Shown here: in pieces, positions 10,046 through 21,006 of the stretch | How positions within the stretch are numbered: the first letter of the stretch is position 1 | Layout of the letters: the number at the start of each line of letters is the position of its first letter | Assembly: GCF_988243305.1 (NCBI RefSeq) | Contig: NZ_OZ547137.1 | Length of the DNA stretch: 64,000 nucleotides | Origin: a plasmid | Strand: one strand, 5' to 3' | Program-made: the position numbers and the translations under genes | The notes under the pieces: model-generated | What the model was told of the DNA's origin: nothing | What the model saw: the letters and a program-made list of their open reading frames with translations, nothing else | Database searches by the model: none

Positions 10046-12669
10046 GCAACACTCCTGTATTTCTCATGTTCTTCCAGCCAGGCCTCCAGCGAAGCCATCT
10101 CCGGCCCCGATTTCTTCCACGCCAGCTGCCACACCGCCTCATGAATACTCATACCCTCTCTGCGTTTCTGCTGCACAAACTCAAAATCCGGGCCGTCAGA
10201 GCTGTACATGGCACGGCTTAAGGGGTCCACAAACAGACGGTGCCAGGAGGAATGGTTTTCCACCTGCAGCAGGAAGGAACTGAACCACTGGTCTTTGGCC
10301 GCACCAAACTTACCAATCATGTCGCGCTGCAGTGGCTGGAACTGATCCGGGAATAACTGGTTATATTTCGCGAACTCCTTCGCACTCTGTTTGAGGATAA
10401 TTTTGTAGGAGGAGTTACCCCATGCCGCACGGGCTGCGCTGGATGCCTTGTCAGAGTCAAAGTCGACGATGTTCTGTGTGATGGTGATATAGGCACCGGT
10501 ATGACGGCGACAGGTGCGGTAACCTTTTTGAATAAACTCACCAACTTTACGATTTTTGAAGTCCAGCAGACGCCAGCCTTCATCAATGACGTTCAGTTTC
10601 TTGAGGGTACGCGGCGTGCGGTACATCCGGTTCTCGATGTAAATGATAAGGCTGAACATCACCGCAACCAGCAGTGACGGACGGTCTTCCAGTCCGCCCA
10701 GCTCCAGCACCACCATTTTTGCGTCATCCCGCAGGGACGGCTCATCAGAGTTAAAATACCGGCCGTAAGTGCCGTTGGCAGTGTACTGGTCAAGCAGCAC
10801 AATCATTTCGTCCAGACGGCTGCGGATGGTCGGTGACTCGACATACTGGTCGTTATCACGGGCGTTTTTCAGGAAATCCACCACATCATCAATGCGCGCC
10901 TGCTTCTTTTTAGCCAGCCAGGAGGCTCTGACCGCCTGCAGCAACAGACCTTCATGCACTTCATCCAGGTTACCGTTGGGGCTGGCCATCACCGACAACT
11001 GGTCACGGACACGCTCCGCTGACTGGTCAATATCAGTGATGTTCGCAAACGGGTTAAAGCGCAGGGTTTCACCGTCCAGATATACGCCCCCCATGTTCTC
11101 ACACAAAGACTTGTAGCCATCCCCCATGTCGAACACCACGGCAAAGCCCCCGGAGTCCAGCACGCTGCGGATAAGTGGCTGTATCAACCCGGTTTTACCG
11201 GCCCCGGATGTTCCACAGACCGCCATGTTGTAGTTGGTGTTATTCATCCCCTTAAAGAAGATATCGATAAACGCCAGCTGGTTACGGTAGGTGGGTGCCA
11301 GCAGGCCTGCCGGTGTCAGGGGGTTATCCGCCACTAACGGCATCAGGTTGGCCACATTAAAGCTCTCTGCTCGCTGAACCACACCGGCCTCTTTCAGCTG
11401 TTTAAACAGCCCTTTCCCGGCCATAAAGGGCAGGCAGGTCAGGAAATTGCGCATGTGGTTAAAGCGCGGTGAAATCAGCTCAAAACCGTTTTTACGAAAG
11501 CTGTTCAGAATGTCCTGCTCCACTTCCAGCGCCGTTTCATTGTTGTCCTTGCAGAATGCTGTGATGTTAAGGAAGTAGGACACGACAGAAGACTGACCGG
11601 AGCCCAGCCGCTGGCGCAGTTCCCCCCACTCCTTAGCTTCTTTCTCCACGGACGGAAACCATTTGGCATAGGAGGTCTTCGACTTTTTCTCCAGGTCCAT
11701 GTACTTCAGGTTGGCTTCACTGTGGGTTTTCACCTGATCTTCCACCACCAGTGTCAGCGTCAGGATGAACGGGCAGGAAATGGACATTTCCGGGTTCAGC
11801 AGATTGCTGTAGTTATCGGCCATGTTCCACAGGAAGGCGATTTCCGGGTTACGGGCCAGATGGAAATTCAGGATACGGGCTGTGCTGTTCCTGCCGTTCT
11901 CACGCAGCCCCAGCGTCAGGTAATCCGCCCGGACCTTCAGATCAAAACTGTCCTCCACACACTGATAATTCAGATCAGAATACGGGTCCAACTGACGTCT
12001 TTTCGGGTACAGAGAGTCCGGATTATGGTTAATCATCTCCCCGACAATCTCGATGAAAGCCTGTGCATCCACTGTCTGTGTGGTGATTTTTGCGCCGTGA
12101 AAAGAGGCACGGATGATTTTCACCAGATTTTCCATTTCCAGAATGTCGGCCCGGCTTTTTTTCTTCGAGGGAGAACAGTACGAGATAAACACCCGGTAAT
12201 GGCGCAGGGTCAGGGGCAGATTCATCCCCTCCGGCAGCGGGAACTGTGTCGCTGCCGCTTTCATATAATAGGCACGGGTAATGGCGTTAAACCGTTCAGC
12301 CTGTTCACCTGACCAGGAGAACTCACGCAGCCCGTATTCAATCCTGTCACCAACCAGCTGACTGGACATCAGATGGATACACAACGGAATACCGCGCGGC
12401 AGTTTGGTGCGCAGCATATGATCGAGCGCCTCCACAATGGACTCATTCGCACCATTGATGGGAATGGCTTCCAGCATAAAGCCCATCGTGGTGTCATTCA
12501 TGAACAGGCCGGACTCCTGGTTGTAATCACGGTACGGCAGCAGACGGCTGAACTGCGGGAAGCTCATTTCGCCCAGAACTTCATTGGCCTTTGCGGATTC
12601 GTCAGGCAGTTTCAGTGCTGTGACGAGGGAGTTAACCGCCTGAGTGACGGCCTCAAGTGGGTTATTCAC
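10042..12669 (-). CDS. traC: TraC, VirB4-family type IV secretion ATPase
   Basis: 875-aa ORF with Walker A (GTSGAGKTG); synteny. Confidence 0.92.
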   Translation of the reverse strand: MNNPLEAVTQAVNSLVTALKLPDESAKANEVLGEMSFPQFSRLLPYRDYNQESGLFMNDTTMGFMLEAIPINGANESIVEALDHMLRTKLPRGIPLCIHLMSSQLVGDRIEYGLREFSWSGEQAERFNAITRAYYMKAAATQFPLPEGMNLPLTLRHYRVFISYCSPSKKKSRADILEMENLVKIIRASFHGAKITTQTVDAQAFIEIVGEMINHNPDSLYPKRRQLDPYSDLNYQCVEDSFDLKVRADYLTLGLRENGRNSTARILNFHLARNPEIAFLWNMADNYSNLLNPEMSISCPFILTLTLVVEDQVKTHSEANLKYMDLEKKSKTSYAKWFPSVEKEAKEWGELRQRLGSGQSSVVSYFLNITAFCKDNNETALEVEQDILNSFRKNGFELISPRFNHMRNFLTCLPFMAGKGLFKQLKEAGVVQRAESFNVANLMPLVADNPLTPAGLLAPTYRNQLAFIDIFFKGMNNTNYNMAVCGTSGAGKTGLIQPLIRSVLDSGGFAVVFDMGDGYKSLCENMGGVYLDGETLRFNPFANITDIDQSAERVRDQLSVMASPNGNLDEVHEGLLLQAVRASWLAKKKQARIDDVVDFLKNARDNDQYVESPTIRSRLDEMIVLLDQYTANGTYGRYFNSDEPSLRDDAKMVVLELGGLEDRPSLLVAVMFSLIIYIENRMYRTPRTLKKLNVIDEGWRLLDFKNRKVGEFIQKGYRTCRRHTGAYITITQNIVDFDSDKASSAARAAWGNSSYKIILKQSAKEFAKYNQLFPDQFQPLQRDMIGKFGAAKDQWFSSFLLQVENHSSWHRLFVDPLSRAMYSSDGPDFEFVQQKRREGMSIHEAVWQLAWKKSGPEMASLEAWLEEHEKYRSVA

Positions 12670-12828
12670 ATGAATTCCTTAGTTGAAAAATAAAGCGAGA
12701 AATGCGGTAGCCATGAAGGGAATACCTGTAATTAACGCGCCATTTCCCGGCGCATATACAAAGATTTCGGTTTTCTGAATATCAACTCATGTTCATCCGG
12801 AATTAAATCAATATGTTCTGCGACTGAC

Positions 12829-13050
12829 TTATGCATAATGTTTTCTCTGCTTTTCCTGATACGCCTGACATTCAACGCACAACGTCACACCGGGAAATAT
12901 TTTCCGCCGGGCTTCCGGAATAGGATTTCCGCATGCTTCACAGAGATAAACAGGAATACCATGAACATTTATTTTCTGGCGTATCCGGTTTATTCCTGTC
13001 ATGGTCAGTTGTTCTGTCACTGAATATGCTTCATCGGCTTCATCACTCAC
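12829..13050 (-). CDS. traR: TraR, DksA/TraR-family C4 zinc-finger protein
   Basis: 73-aa ORF with CxxC...CxxC (CEACGNPIPEARRKIFPGVTLCVECQ). Confidence 0.8.
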   Translation of the reverse strand: MSDEADEAYSVTEQLTMTGINRIRQKINVHGIPVYLCEACGNPIPEARRKIFPGVTLCVECQAYQEKQRKHYA

Positions 13051-13184
13051 GGAATATTCCTCCCGACATGTTCTGACACGCTACCGCCCATCCCTTTTCA
13101 CGCACAGGGCACTCGTTTTACAGGCAGATTTTGAATACAGAAAGCCCGCCGGCATTGCCGGCTGATATACAACTTCAGGGCCAG

Positions 13185-13700
13185 TTAATTAATACGTGGT
13201 TTTCCCCACGCAGACGGTTTAATAACAAAAAACACACTGGATGGCTGATGATAAACATCCTGATTATCAATATAAGGCGCTATCCATAATGCAGCCGTCT
13301 GCTCACCCGTTCTTAGCGGGCGGGGAGGTGTTACCGGCGCAACTGAACTGACCGGAACAATCGTTTTCACTTCCCGGGCAGCCGTAAACAACGGACGTGG
13401 TGCCAGCAGTTTCTGCTCCGGAAGTGCCGTCACCGCAGGTCTGCTGCCGGACGGAGTGGTCGCGGTGACGGTCTGCACCGGCATTGTCCGGAAGTTCCCT
13501 TCAGCCAGGCGCGGCAGTGATGCCGCAACCGGCTTTGCTTCTGAGGACTGCTCCAGTTTTTTGGCCTTCTCATTGGCCTGCTCCATCGTCATACAGGTAT
13601 CGGATGTGGTGGCGTTACACTCAAATTCCGTACTGGTTCCGGCACAGCCGGAAAGTAATAACGTCCCCAGCAGAGGAATAAATAAAGAAATCTGTTTCAT
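13185..13700 (-). CDS. traV: TraV, outer-membrane lipoprotein of the T4SS core
   Basis: 171-aa ORF with lipobox (LLSGCAG); synteny. Confidence 0.8.
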   Translation of the reverse strand: MKQISLFIPLLGTLLLSGCAGTSTEFECNATTSDTCMTMEQANEKAKKLEQSSEAKPVAASLPRLAEGNFRTMPVQTVTATTPSGSRPAVTALPEQKLLAPRPLFTAAREVKTIVPVSSVAPVTPPRPLRTGEQTAALWIAPYIDNQDVYHQPSSVFFVIKPSAWGKPRIN

Positions 13701-14050
13701 TACCCTTCTCCTTTTTTATTACTCTCCACAACAGCAGAAATTAACTCTACTGTCAGATTTGTTTTTCCTGCACAGGGTTGTCCGGAGACTACTGTATTTC
13801 CCGGAGAAGAAAACAAGCTCATCGACATACCCTTCTTCATCACTCCGACAGCTGCCATATTAAAATTGTGCGGCAATGATTCAGAACCGAATTCCTTCAG
13901 TGCAGGAAGTACGATTCTTGTGGTGCAGTTACTGAGAACAGCATTCATAAAATCATCTGATACGCTTTTATCCAGTACAGAGCGTGCAGTAATAATATTA
14001 ATATTACGCATGTTCATTTTTATCTCCGTTGTTTCTGTTTGCCCTGTCAT
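13700..14050 (-). CDS. TrbG/TrbD-region small ORF (start uncertain)
   Basis: 116-aa ORF between traP and traV; overlaps traP 3' end, so the real product is probably shorter. Confidence 0.3.
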   Translation of the reverse strand: MTGQTETTEIKMNMRNINIITARSVLDKSVSDDFMNAVLSNCTTRIVLPALKEFGSESLPHNFNMAAVGVMKKGMSMSLFSSPGNTVVSGQPCAGKTNLTVELISAVVESNKKGEG

Positions 14051-14591
14051 CAGGGAAATAAACAGGGCATTTCCTGATTTTTTCCGACAGAGAAGTATCT
14101 TCCGTATAAACTTCCTTCAGATGTTCATCTGCGGTTCCCACCCGGACACATTTCATTTTTCCGGGCCACATCGGATATTTCCCGGTGCCTGCCGCAAACG
14201 ACATATACATAAGTGCCAGCGTTGCCCAGAATGCGGTGACCAGTTGCATCAGTGACCGGTCAGTCTCCCTGACATAATCTGCAGCATCAGCCGCGCGGTA
14301 ATGGCAGATATCCTGTATTTCTGATCTGCCTGAAGAATCAGAGGAAGAAAACCAGCATTCACTGACCGGGAACTGTCCGGCAGGTGCTGTTTGTCTTACG
14401 AAGTTAATCTCCTTAACCAGTAATTTCCCCGGCGTGGTGTTGTCCTTCCATAAAACAAACAGAGCCATCAGGGCCATTGTTGCCAGCGGCCAGATAACCA
14501 CAAACCTGACGACCCACAGCAGCCAGCGAACGACAAACGCCACACGGAATGTCAGTGCATCACCCGCCATTTCCGCCCTCCTTGCCGGCAT
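14004..14591 (-). CDS. traP: TraP, inner-membrane protein
   Basis: 195-aa ORF with N-terminal TM segments immediately downstream of traB. Confidence 0.6.
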   Translation of the reverse strand: MPARRAEMAGDALTFRVAFVVRWLLWVVRFVVIWPLATMALMALFVLWKDNTTPGKLLVKEINFVRQTAPAGQFPVSECWFSSSDSSGRSEIQDICHYRAADAADYVRETDRSLMQLVTAFWATLALMYMSFAAGTGKYPMWPGKMKCVRVGTADEHLKEVYTEDTSLSEKIRKCPVYFPDDRANRNNGDKNEHA

Positions 14592-16011
14592 CCCCGCCCA
14601 GCGGGCTCTTGTCTCCGGACATAAACTGCTGCGGATTCAGATTGCCCAGCTGTTTCAGCATCTGGTCGGTGTTAAAACCGTTCAGGTGGCTTTCTGCCGA
14701 GGGAGGATTCGGCACAGGGCTTTCCGGGTTACCCTCTTCCGCTGTACTCTGTGACTGCTCCAGCGCCATTTCCTCCACGGTTTTCAGCTGGAAGCCGTCC
14801 TGGAACACCACGGTCACTTCATTGCCCGCACCAATCGGTATCACCGGGTGATACTGTTCGGCACGTTTGATGTAGTAGTCACTGAGCGTCTGTGCGGCTT
14901 TCGATGCGCCGCCACCGATACCCATTTTCAGGACATCACCAGCCCCGTAAGCGGCTGTGGCACCCAGCCCGACAGCCGGCTGGGAGGCGCGCTCCATTCC
15001 CTGACCGATACCGTCAACAAATCCCGCGCCCCATGCCCAGCCGAGGATTTTGCCGTTACGCATCACCACTTCGCCCTTGATACCGTTTTTACCCCGGAAG
15101 CTGACATGCCCCTTAATCGGCATATCAATGGTTTTGCCATTCTTCAGGCAGCTGATATTACGGGTGCGAACAATAGCACGTTCACTGGAGACATCCCCCC
15201 AGGCTTCCAGCCCCACAAAACATCCCGTTGCGTCATACGTCTTGCTGTTCGGCATTTCCACCAGACCGGTGATACGCAGCTGCATCGGCACCGTGGATTC
15301 ATTACCGGTGACTGAGGCATTGGCATCCGCCCCTTCAATCAGCATGGCTTTCGCAAAACTTCCTGACGGAATGTACGGCAGCGATGGTCCCTGTTTTCCC
15401 TCATTACGGGTAAACACCTTACGCTGTATCCGGTTAGGCACCGGCACAGACTGGTACGTCACCTGTGGTGGTGGCGTGACACCATTCCCGGGATAAAACG
15501 CCGTCGGCGGTGGAACAGCAACGCTGCCCTGCGGCGGGAAGGATACGGGGGTGTTTCCTGGCTGTGGTTCGCCTTCCGGCCCGGGCGGTGAGGCTGGCGT
15601 CTGCGGTACAGGCTCACCGGTCGCGGTGACGGGATTTGCACCCAGGGCTTTTACCTGCTCTGCCAGGGCAGCATTATCCTGTCCCAGCTTTTCAATACGA
15701 CGCTGGTCATCACCGCGCTGTTTGTTCAGGACATCCAGTTCACGACGGATTTCCTCATACTGCTTCTGCATCTGCGCTGCCGTCACCTGCATCTCTGTGG
15801 TGGCATGCTGACGCACCTTGTCATCAAAGGTCGTATCCACCACACCGGTCATATCCGGCACAGGCTCCTGTTCAGCCACCGCCTCACCGTTACCGGACAT
15901 GTCCACATCAGACAGATACAGTGCACCACCAATCGCGGAGGCTGCACCGACAACCACAATCCCCAGCCACAGGTACTGCTTGCGTTTCACAATGGTATTG
16001 ATACTGGCCAT
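14560..16011 (-). CDS. traB: TraB, VirB10-like T4SS core protein
   Basis: 483-aa ORF: N-terminal TM, Pro-rich linker (PVPQTPASPPGPEGEPQPG), coiled coil; synteny. Confidence 0.9.
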   Translation of the reverse strand: MASINTIVKRKQYLWLGIVVVGAASAIGGALYLSDVDMSGNGEAVAEQEPVPDMTGVVDTTFDDKVRQHATTEMQVTAAQMQKQYEEIRRELDVLNKQRGDDQRRIEKLGQDNAALAEQVKALGANPVTATGEPVPQTPASPPGPEGEPQPGNTPVSFPPQGSVAVPPPTAFYPGNGVTPPPQVTYQSVPVPNRIQRKVFTRNEGKQGPSLPYIPSGSFAKAMLIEGADANASVTGNESTVPMQLRITGLVEMPNSKTYDATGCFVGLEAWGDVSSERAIVRTRNISCLKNGKTIDMPIKGHVSFRGKNGIKGEVVMRNGKILGWAWGAGFVDGIGQGMERASQPAVGLGATAAYGAGDVLKMGIGGGASKAAQTLSDYYIKRAEQYHPVIPIGAGNEVTVVFQDGFQLKTVEEMALEQSQSTAEEGNPESPVPNPPSAESHLNGFNTDQMLKQLGNLNPQQFMSGDKSPLGGDAGKEGGNGG

Positions 16012-16739
16012 CAGTTGCCCTCCCCGTCACGGATGACATACACATCCATGCGCGCACCTGCCAGTAACTGGCTGGCAGGCTGGCTGAACATCACGGCACG
16101 GGTTCCCGGCTGCCAGAAATCACTTTCCCGGATATTCAGGGCAGACAGCGTTTTATTTTCCACGGCAAAGCGGACCATCTTCAGGTGATTCCCCGTCCAT
16201 ACGGCATCTGCCACTGAAGACAGCCCCGCCGGGGCCTGCAGGGTTTCCTTTGTCACAGGAACCTGATACCAGCCTGCAGGTAATTTTCCGCCACGGACAG
16301 CCTGGCTGATGGTCACAAGCAGGGATTCGTAAGGCGTGGACGTTTCCCACGCACCGGCTTCTTCTCCGGTTCCGCGCAGGTCACTGACCAACTGAATGGT
16401 ACGCCCCGCGCCTTCACGGGGAACGGCCTGAATGGAAAGATTCAGACCACGTTCTGTTTCCAGAATGAACGTAAAGGGCTTTTTGTTGACGGTGGCAACC
16501 ACCACACTGCCGGAGGCGGTCTGCTCATTATTGGTCAGGGCACCATCCAGACTGTTCACGGCGATAATCCGGTCACCGGGAACGGTAAACAGATTCGGGC
16601 TGGTATTGCTGATGGCAATACTGGCCTGACCACCGTTCACCATTGGCACCACGGTGGGGGACAGCGTACCGTTTGCGGCCATCACGCTGCAGGAAAAAAA
16701 CAGGCTGCCGAATATTATTGCCGTATTATTTTTTCTCAT
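16011..16739 (-). CDS. traK: TraK, VirB9/secretin-like T4SS core protein
   Basis: 242-aa ORF with signal peptide; synteny. Confidence 0.85.
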   Translation of the reverse strand: MRKNNTAIIFGSLFFSCSVMAANGTLSPTVVPMVNGGQASIAISNTSPNLFTVPGDRIIAVNSLDGALTNNEQTASGSVVVATVNKKPFTFILETERGLNLSIQAVPREGAGRTIQLVSDLRGTGEEAGAWETSTPYESLLVTISQAVRGGKLPAGWYQVPVTKETLQAPAGLSSVADAVWTGNHLKMVRFAVENKTLSALNIRESDFWQPGTRAVMFSQPASQLLAGARMDVYVIRDGEGN

Positions 16740-17292
16740 CGTCTGTTTCCCCGAAATTATCCAGCCAGGTCACCCCGTTTTCCCGCTTCAGAATAAGGAT
16801 GTAATGTTTGATATCAGTGAAAGGTTTTGAATCACCAATCCAGGTTTTAAGCACACCACGAATTTCCACACGACCATACTGAGGCCAGACACGGACACTG
16901 GTCTGGAAAAAAGCAGAATTCACGTTATCTTTTTTAATGAGTTTCGCTTCTTCAGCCAGAATAACTTTCATCTGGTTCTGTGCACCCGGGCGGATATATT
17001 GCAGAAGCGCCTGATGTGAGGCATCGACGATTTCCGGTGAGACATTCAGACGGAGGGCAATAAATGACAGCGCCATCTGCTGTAAATAAGAGGCGTCGGC
17101 ACTGTTCTGTGACACGGCAAAGGGCACATTAAATCCCATTGGGGTCACGGCAGTGCGTTGCTCATTCTGAAGACGGTAGTTATTTACCCCCTGAATGACG
17201 TTAACAGAGAGGCTGAGAACAATAAGCACTGACATAAATATAAAGGCGATGGCCATTACACGACTGGTACTTAAACGGGCACCGTGTTCCAT
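16726..17292 (-). CDS. traE: TraE, VirB5/8-like pilus assembly protein
   Basis: 188-aa ORF with N-terminal TM; synteny. Confidence 0.85.
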   Translation of the reverse strand: MEHGARLSTSRVMAIAFIFMSVLIVLSLSVNVIQGVNNYRLQNEQRTAVTPMGFNVPFAVSQNSADASYLQQMALSFIALRLNVSPEIVDASHQALLQYIRPGAQNQMKVILAEEAKLIKKDNVNSAFFQTSVRVWPQYGRVEIRGVLKTWIGDSKPFTDIKHYILILKRENGVTWLDNFGETDDEKK

Positions 17293-17313
17293 ATAACAAT
17301 CCTGGTATCAGTT

Positions 17314-17625
17314 CTATTTAATCCACTGCCGGAAACACGAATCGGGAACATTATGAAAAATACCGCGCAGCAGGGCTGTTGGCATATACCAATAAATCAG
17401 GTCACGTAACCAGGAACTGCCCCGCCCTTTTTTCAGTTTTTTAATCCCGAAATAAACCAGAACCGCTGCACCAATACCGAACAGATATTTTGATGTTGTG
17501 ATACCCCAGCCAATACAGACTGCTGCGGGGATCAGTTCATCCAGTGGCAGGCCAAACCAGCGGCTCTGGTTGGTCAGTGTTTCCGGGAAACGATATTTCT
17601 TAAGTTTATTCTCGTCTCCCGACAT
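17314..17625 (-). CDS. traL: TraL, VirB3-like pilus assembly protein
   Basis: 103-aa membrane ORF upstream of traE. Confidence 0.8.
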   Translation of the reverse strand: MSGDENKLKKYRFPETLTNQSRWFGLPLDELIPAAVCIGWGITTSKYLFGIGAAVLVYFGIKKLKKGRGSSWLRDLIYWYMPTALLRGIFHNVPDSCFRQWIK

Positions 17626-17639
17626 CGTTTTATTTCCTG

Positions 17640-18005
17640 TCAGAGGCCAACGACGGCCATACCCACAGCAATAAATACAGAGATGATGGCAAAACCGGCC
17701 AGGAACTTGACGTTTTTGGTCATCATGTACATGACCGCACCGACCAGGACTTCAGCCAGAACAACCCATTTAACAACACTGGAGTCCTTACCGAAGGTCG
17801 CCTTAACCGTGGAGTTACCACTCTGCATCAGGTCCTGACCTGCCCCCTGGGCGGCCATTGCCAGTTGCGGGAAGAACATCATCAGAACAGCAGCAGGGAT
17901 CACAGCGCGAGCCAGGCGAAGCATATTCAGACGAGTGAATTTAGAAAAAAACGATTTCTTTTCAACGGGCGCAGAAGCACCCTGAACACTTAAAACAGTA
18001 TTCAT
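17640..18005 (-). CDS. traA: TraA, F-type propilin
   Basis: 121-aa ORF with long leader and hydrophobic mature region ([67 protein letters not shown]). Confidence 0.9.
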   Translation of the reverse strand: MNTVLSVQGASAPVEKKSFFSKFTRLNMLRLARAVIPAAVLMMFFPQLAMAAQGAGQDLMQSGNSTVKATFGKDSSVVKWVVLAEVLVGAVMYMMTKNVKFLAGFAIISVFIAVGMAVVGL

Positions 18006-18037
18006 AAGTTACCTCAATTTCGGATAAATGAATAAAA

Positions 18038-18439
18038 CTAGAGTGTATTAAATGTTATATCTTCCTCTTTATCTGCCTCCCTGAATATCTCCGAGTTATA
18101 AAAATCAGGAAACTTGATCAAATGATCAATAACTCTGTCTGCAGCCTCATCTGTTTTACACCATCCACTACGATTTTTTGCTGCAATAAGTAGCTGGTTA
18201 GTTTCATCATCCAGACGCATTGTCAGATACTTAACCAGCGACTTACCATAGATATTCCCTGCCCTGTTAAACTTTGGATAGCGGTGAAGATGATCTTTAA
18301 GTCTTATTACTGCCTCAAACGATCGACTTCTTCCGCTTCTGTTACTTGCCTCAATTAATAGACTTTCCACATCTACAGGTAATTTTAGTTTTACCATCTT
18401 ACCTGTTGCAGAACGTGTACCAAATCTTTTCAATAACAC
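18038..18439 (-). CDS. traY: TraY, RHH oriT-binding relaxosome accessory protein
   Basis: 133-aa ORF at the head of the tra operon; position and size. Confidence 0.65.
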   Translation of the reverse strand: MLLKRFGTRSATGKMVKLKLPVDVESLLIEASNRSGRSRSFEAVIRLKDHLHRYPKFNRAGNIYGKSLVKYLTMRLDDETNQLLIAAKNRSGWCKTDEAADRVIDHLIKFPDFYNSEIFREADKEEDITFNTL

Positions 18440-18531
18440 CTCCCGCTGTTTATCTTCTGGTTACCACTTATGTTTGCAGAATAATCAGAAAAGGTAAATA
18501 GACGGAAAGTCCATATTTCATTAACACTTTA

Positions 18532-19281
18532 TTAACGCGTATTTATGATACACATAGCCTTCTCGTATAAATAATGAATAAACTTTTTATTGTAGAGTAA
18601 GATGATTAACTCATCTTTATTAGAAACAGAGAAGTAGTCGCATATCAGAGATGCGTGTTTCTTTGATGTGGAGATGGATATGTTTAATATTCTTGCTATA
18701 GCATTATGACTGATTCCGGTGCTATATAAGTAAAATACATCATTTACATATGATGATACAGAAGAATCATCACTCATTCTTCTGATTATATTTCTGATAT
18801 CATCACTGACAATCGTTTTTTGATTATAACTGTCTTTATGACGAACATGAGCAGCATCATAAAATTGCCACAGAATAATATTTCTGTGTCCATTAAGAAA
18901 TGACTGGACAGATATTGTCCAGAATCTGTTCTGAATAAAAACATCCTCTACAAGATTAAGATGCGTATGCTCATTCCTGTATGCTTCCATCTCTGTGACA
19001 GAGATCAATTCATAAAAATCTCTCTGCGACAGAAGCCATTTTTCAGCACTTTGATCTTGTGTAAGAAATGACTCATGAAACAGCGTATTGCAAAAAATAA
19101 ATTTTCCAGTTTCGTCCCTGATACAGGCTGGATTTGGATAATCCTGAATAACTGCCGTCAGATTTTCCAGCAGATCTATTTGACGAGCATGTTTTTGTTG
19201 AATACGATCCATCGGATACATAGGAACCTCCTCACAAAGGATTCTATGGACAGTCGATGCGGGGAGGAGAACTCCCTGCAT
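18532..19281 (-). CDS. traJ: TraJ, tra operon transcriptional activator
   Basis: Low-GC ORF between traM and traY; likely start at MYPMDRIQQK. Confidence 0.7.
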   Translation of the reverse strand: MQGVLLPASTVHRILCEEVPMYPMDRIQQKHARQIDLLENLTAVIQDYPNPACIRDETGKFIFCNTLFHESFLTQDQSAEKWLLSQRDFYELISVTEMEAYRNEHTHLNLVEDVFIQNRFWTISVQSFLNGHRNIILWQFYDAAHVRHKDSYNQKTIVSDDIRNIIRRMSDDSSVSSYVNDVFYLYSTGISHNAIARILNISISTSKKHASLICDYFSVSNKDELIILLYNKKFIHYLYEKAMCIINTR

Positions 19282-19405
19282 CGGCGATTTTCAAATTCAA
19301 ATTTTAACGTGGCATTAACCACGTAATTAATATACTAATTATCTTTCGTACTGTCACCTTTTTAAATCATAAAAACTCTGATATTTGAACGAAGTCAAAT
19401 TTCTT

Positions 19406-19789
19406 TTATTCATCATCATTTTTTGGAAAAAATCGTTCCATCTCAGATGATACCTTCTCCCTGATATCTTCAACCATATTGGCATATTCAAACTTTGGAT
19501 TTCCGGAGACATGAGGACTGAGAGACTCAATACCCAAAATTTTCGCTACTGATGATTGTGTTTTTACAACGCATTCAAGAAGCAATTTATTAAACTCAGT
19601 CTGATTAAATGCAGACTCTTTACGCTCCATCTGAGCCTCATATACACGAAGCCCCAGTTCAAGAAGCATTGAAGCTGTTGCTGAAAAACTGACATCTTTT
19701 TCCCTTGCCCCTTCCTGTCGACGCTTCTCAATAATCGAATTTATTTTTTCATAGGCATCATTGCTGATATACAGGTTCACCTTAGCCAT
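19406..19789 (-). CDS. traM: TraM, relaxosome accessory protein
   Basis: 127-aa ORF adjacent to oriT; MAKVNLYISNDAYEKINSIIEKRRQEGA N-terminus. Confidence 0.85.
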   Translation of the reverse strand: MAKVNLYISNDAYEKINSIIEKRRQEGAREKDVSFSATASMLLELGLRVYEAQMERKESAFNQTEFNKLLLECVVKTQSSVAKILGIESLSPHVSGNPKFEYANMVEDIREKVSSEMERFFPKNDDE

Positions 19790-19799
19790 TAGAGATTAC

Positions 19800-20150
19800 C
19801 TTTTTTGAACATAAAATAAAGTTAATTTCGGAACACTAAAATTCATAATACAAACAGGGACGCACCGCTAGCAGCGCCCCTAGCGGTATCCTATAAAAAA
19901 ACACACCGCGCCGCTAGCAGCGCCCCTAATATAAAATGATGTTTTTTATAAAAATAGTCAGTACCACCCCTACAAAGCGGTGTCGGCGCGTTGTTGTAGC
20001 CGCGCCGACACCGCTTTTTTAAATATCATAAAGAGAGTAAGAGAAACTAATTTTTCATAACACTCTATTTATAAAGAAAAATCAGCAAAAACTTGTTTTT
20101 GCGTAGTGTGTGGTGCTTTTGGTGGTGAGAACCACCAACCTGTTGAGCCT
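19800..20150. promoter_or_regulatory. oriT: oriT, F-type origin of transfer with nic motif and TraM/TraY/IHF-type repeats
   Basis: GTGTGT/GGTGCTTTTGGTGGTGAGAACCACCAACC at 20106-20140 matches the F nic region as recalled (nic about 20111^20112); two copies of GCTAGCAGCGCCCCTAG (19867, 19912); inverted repeat GGTGTCGGCGCG...CGCGCCGACACC (19977-20015). Confidence 0.75.
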
Positions 20151-20201
20151 TTTTGTGGAGTGGGTTAAATTATTTACGGATAAAGTCACCAGAGGTGGAA
20201 A

Positions 20202-20712
20202 AATGAAAAAATGGATGTTAGCCATCTGCCTGATGTTTATAAATGAGATCTGCCATGCCACTGATTGCTTTGATCTTGCAGGCCGGGATTACAAAATAGA
20301 TCCTGATTTACTGAGAGCAATATCATGGAAAGAATCCCGTTACCGGGTTAATGCCATCGGTATTAATCCGGTAACGGGATATGGCAGCGGACTGATGCAG
20401 GTAGATTCCCAGCATTTTAACGAACTGGCCCGCTATGGAATTAAGCCGGAACATCTGACAACAGATCCCTGCATGAACATTTATACCGGTGCTTATTATC
20501 TGGCAATAGCCTTTAAAAAATGGGGCGTCTCCTGGGAGGCCGTTGGTGCATACAATGCCGGATTCAGGAAGACCGAACGCCAGAACCAGAGACGTCTTGC
20601 CTACGCATCAGAGGTTTACCGGATTTATACCAGGATAAAAAGCAGTAAAGGTATCCGGATTCCGGTCACGAAGAAATCACTTCCAGAAATTAACAGCGTG
20701 CAGAACAATTAA
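20202..20712 (+). CDS. GeneX/orf169-type lytic transglycosylase
   Basis: 170-aa ORF from [12 protein letters not shown] with signal peptide; first gene after oriT as in F. Confidence 0.8.
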
Positions 20713-20959
20713 TCTTACAGACATTGTCAGATACCGGTTATGCCGCAAAAGCGGCATGAAGGCTACACACAAAAATATCATATGAGTGACAATGCTGACT
20801 GGCCGAAGCCCCGCGAAGCGGGAACCCATCTTATATATACCCGGTAACTGCGCAGCCTCCTGCCAGACCATTTTTCGCGGGCACAATATTTACAGACAAC
20901 CGGAAAGCCGGTTGATGGAATTGAGGTATATCAGACGACACAGCGATGCCGAAGAATGA

Positions 20960-21003
20960 TAATATAAGTAAAGCCCCGAAAAATTTTCGGGGCTTTACTT
21001 ATA
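20960..21003. terminator. Bidirectional intrinsic terminator (long perfect palindrome)
   Basis: AATGATAATATAAGTAAAGCCCCGAAAA / TTTTCGGGGCTTTACTTATATTATCAT between convergent genes. Confidence 0.5.
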
Positions 21004-21006
21004 TTA

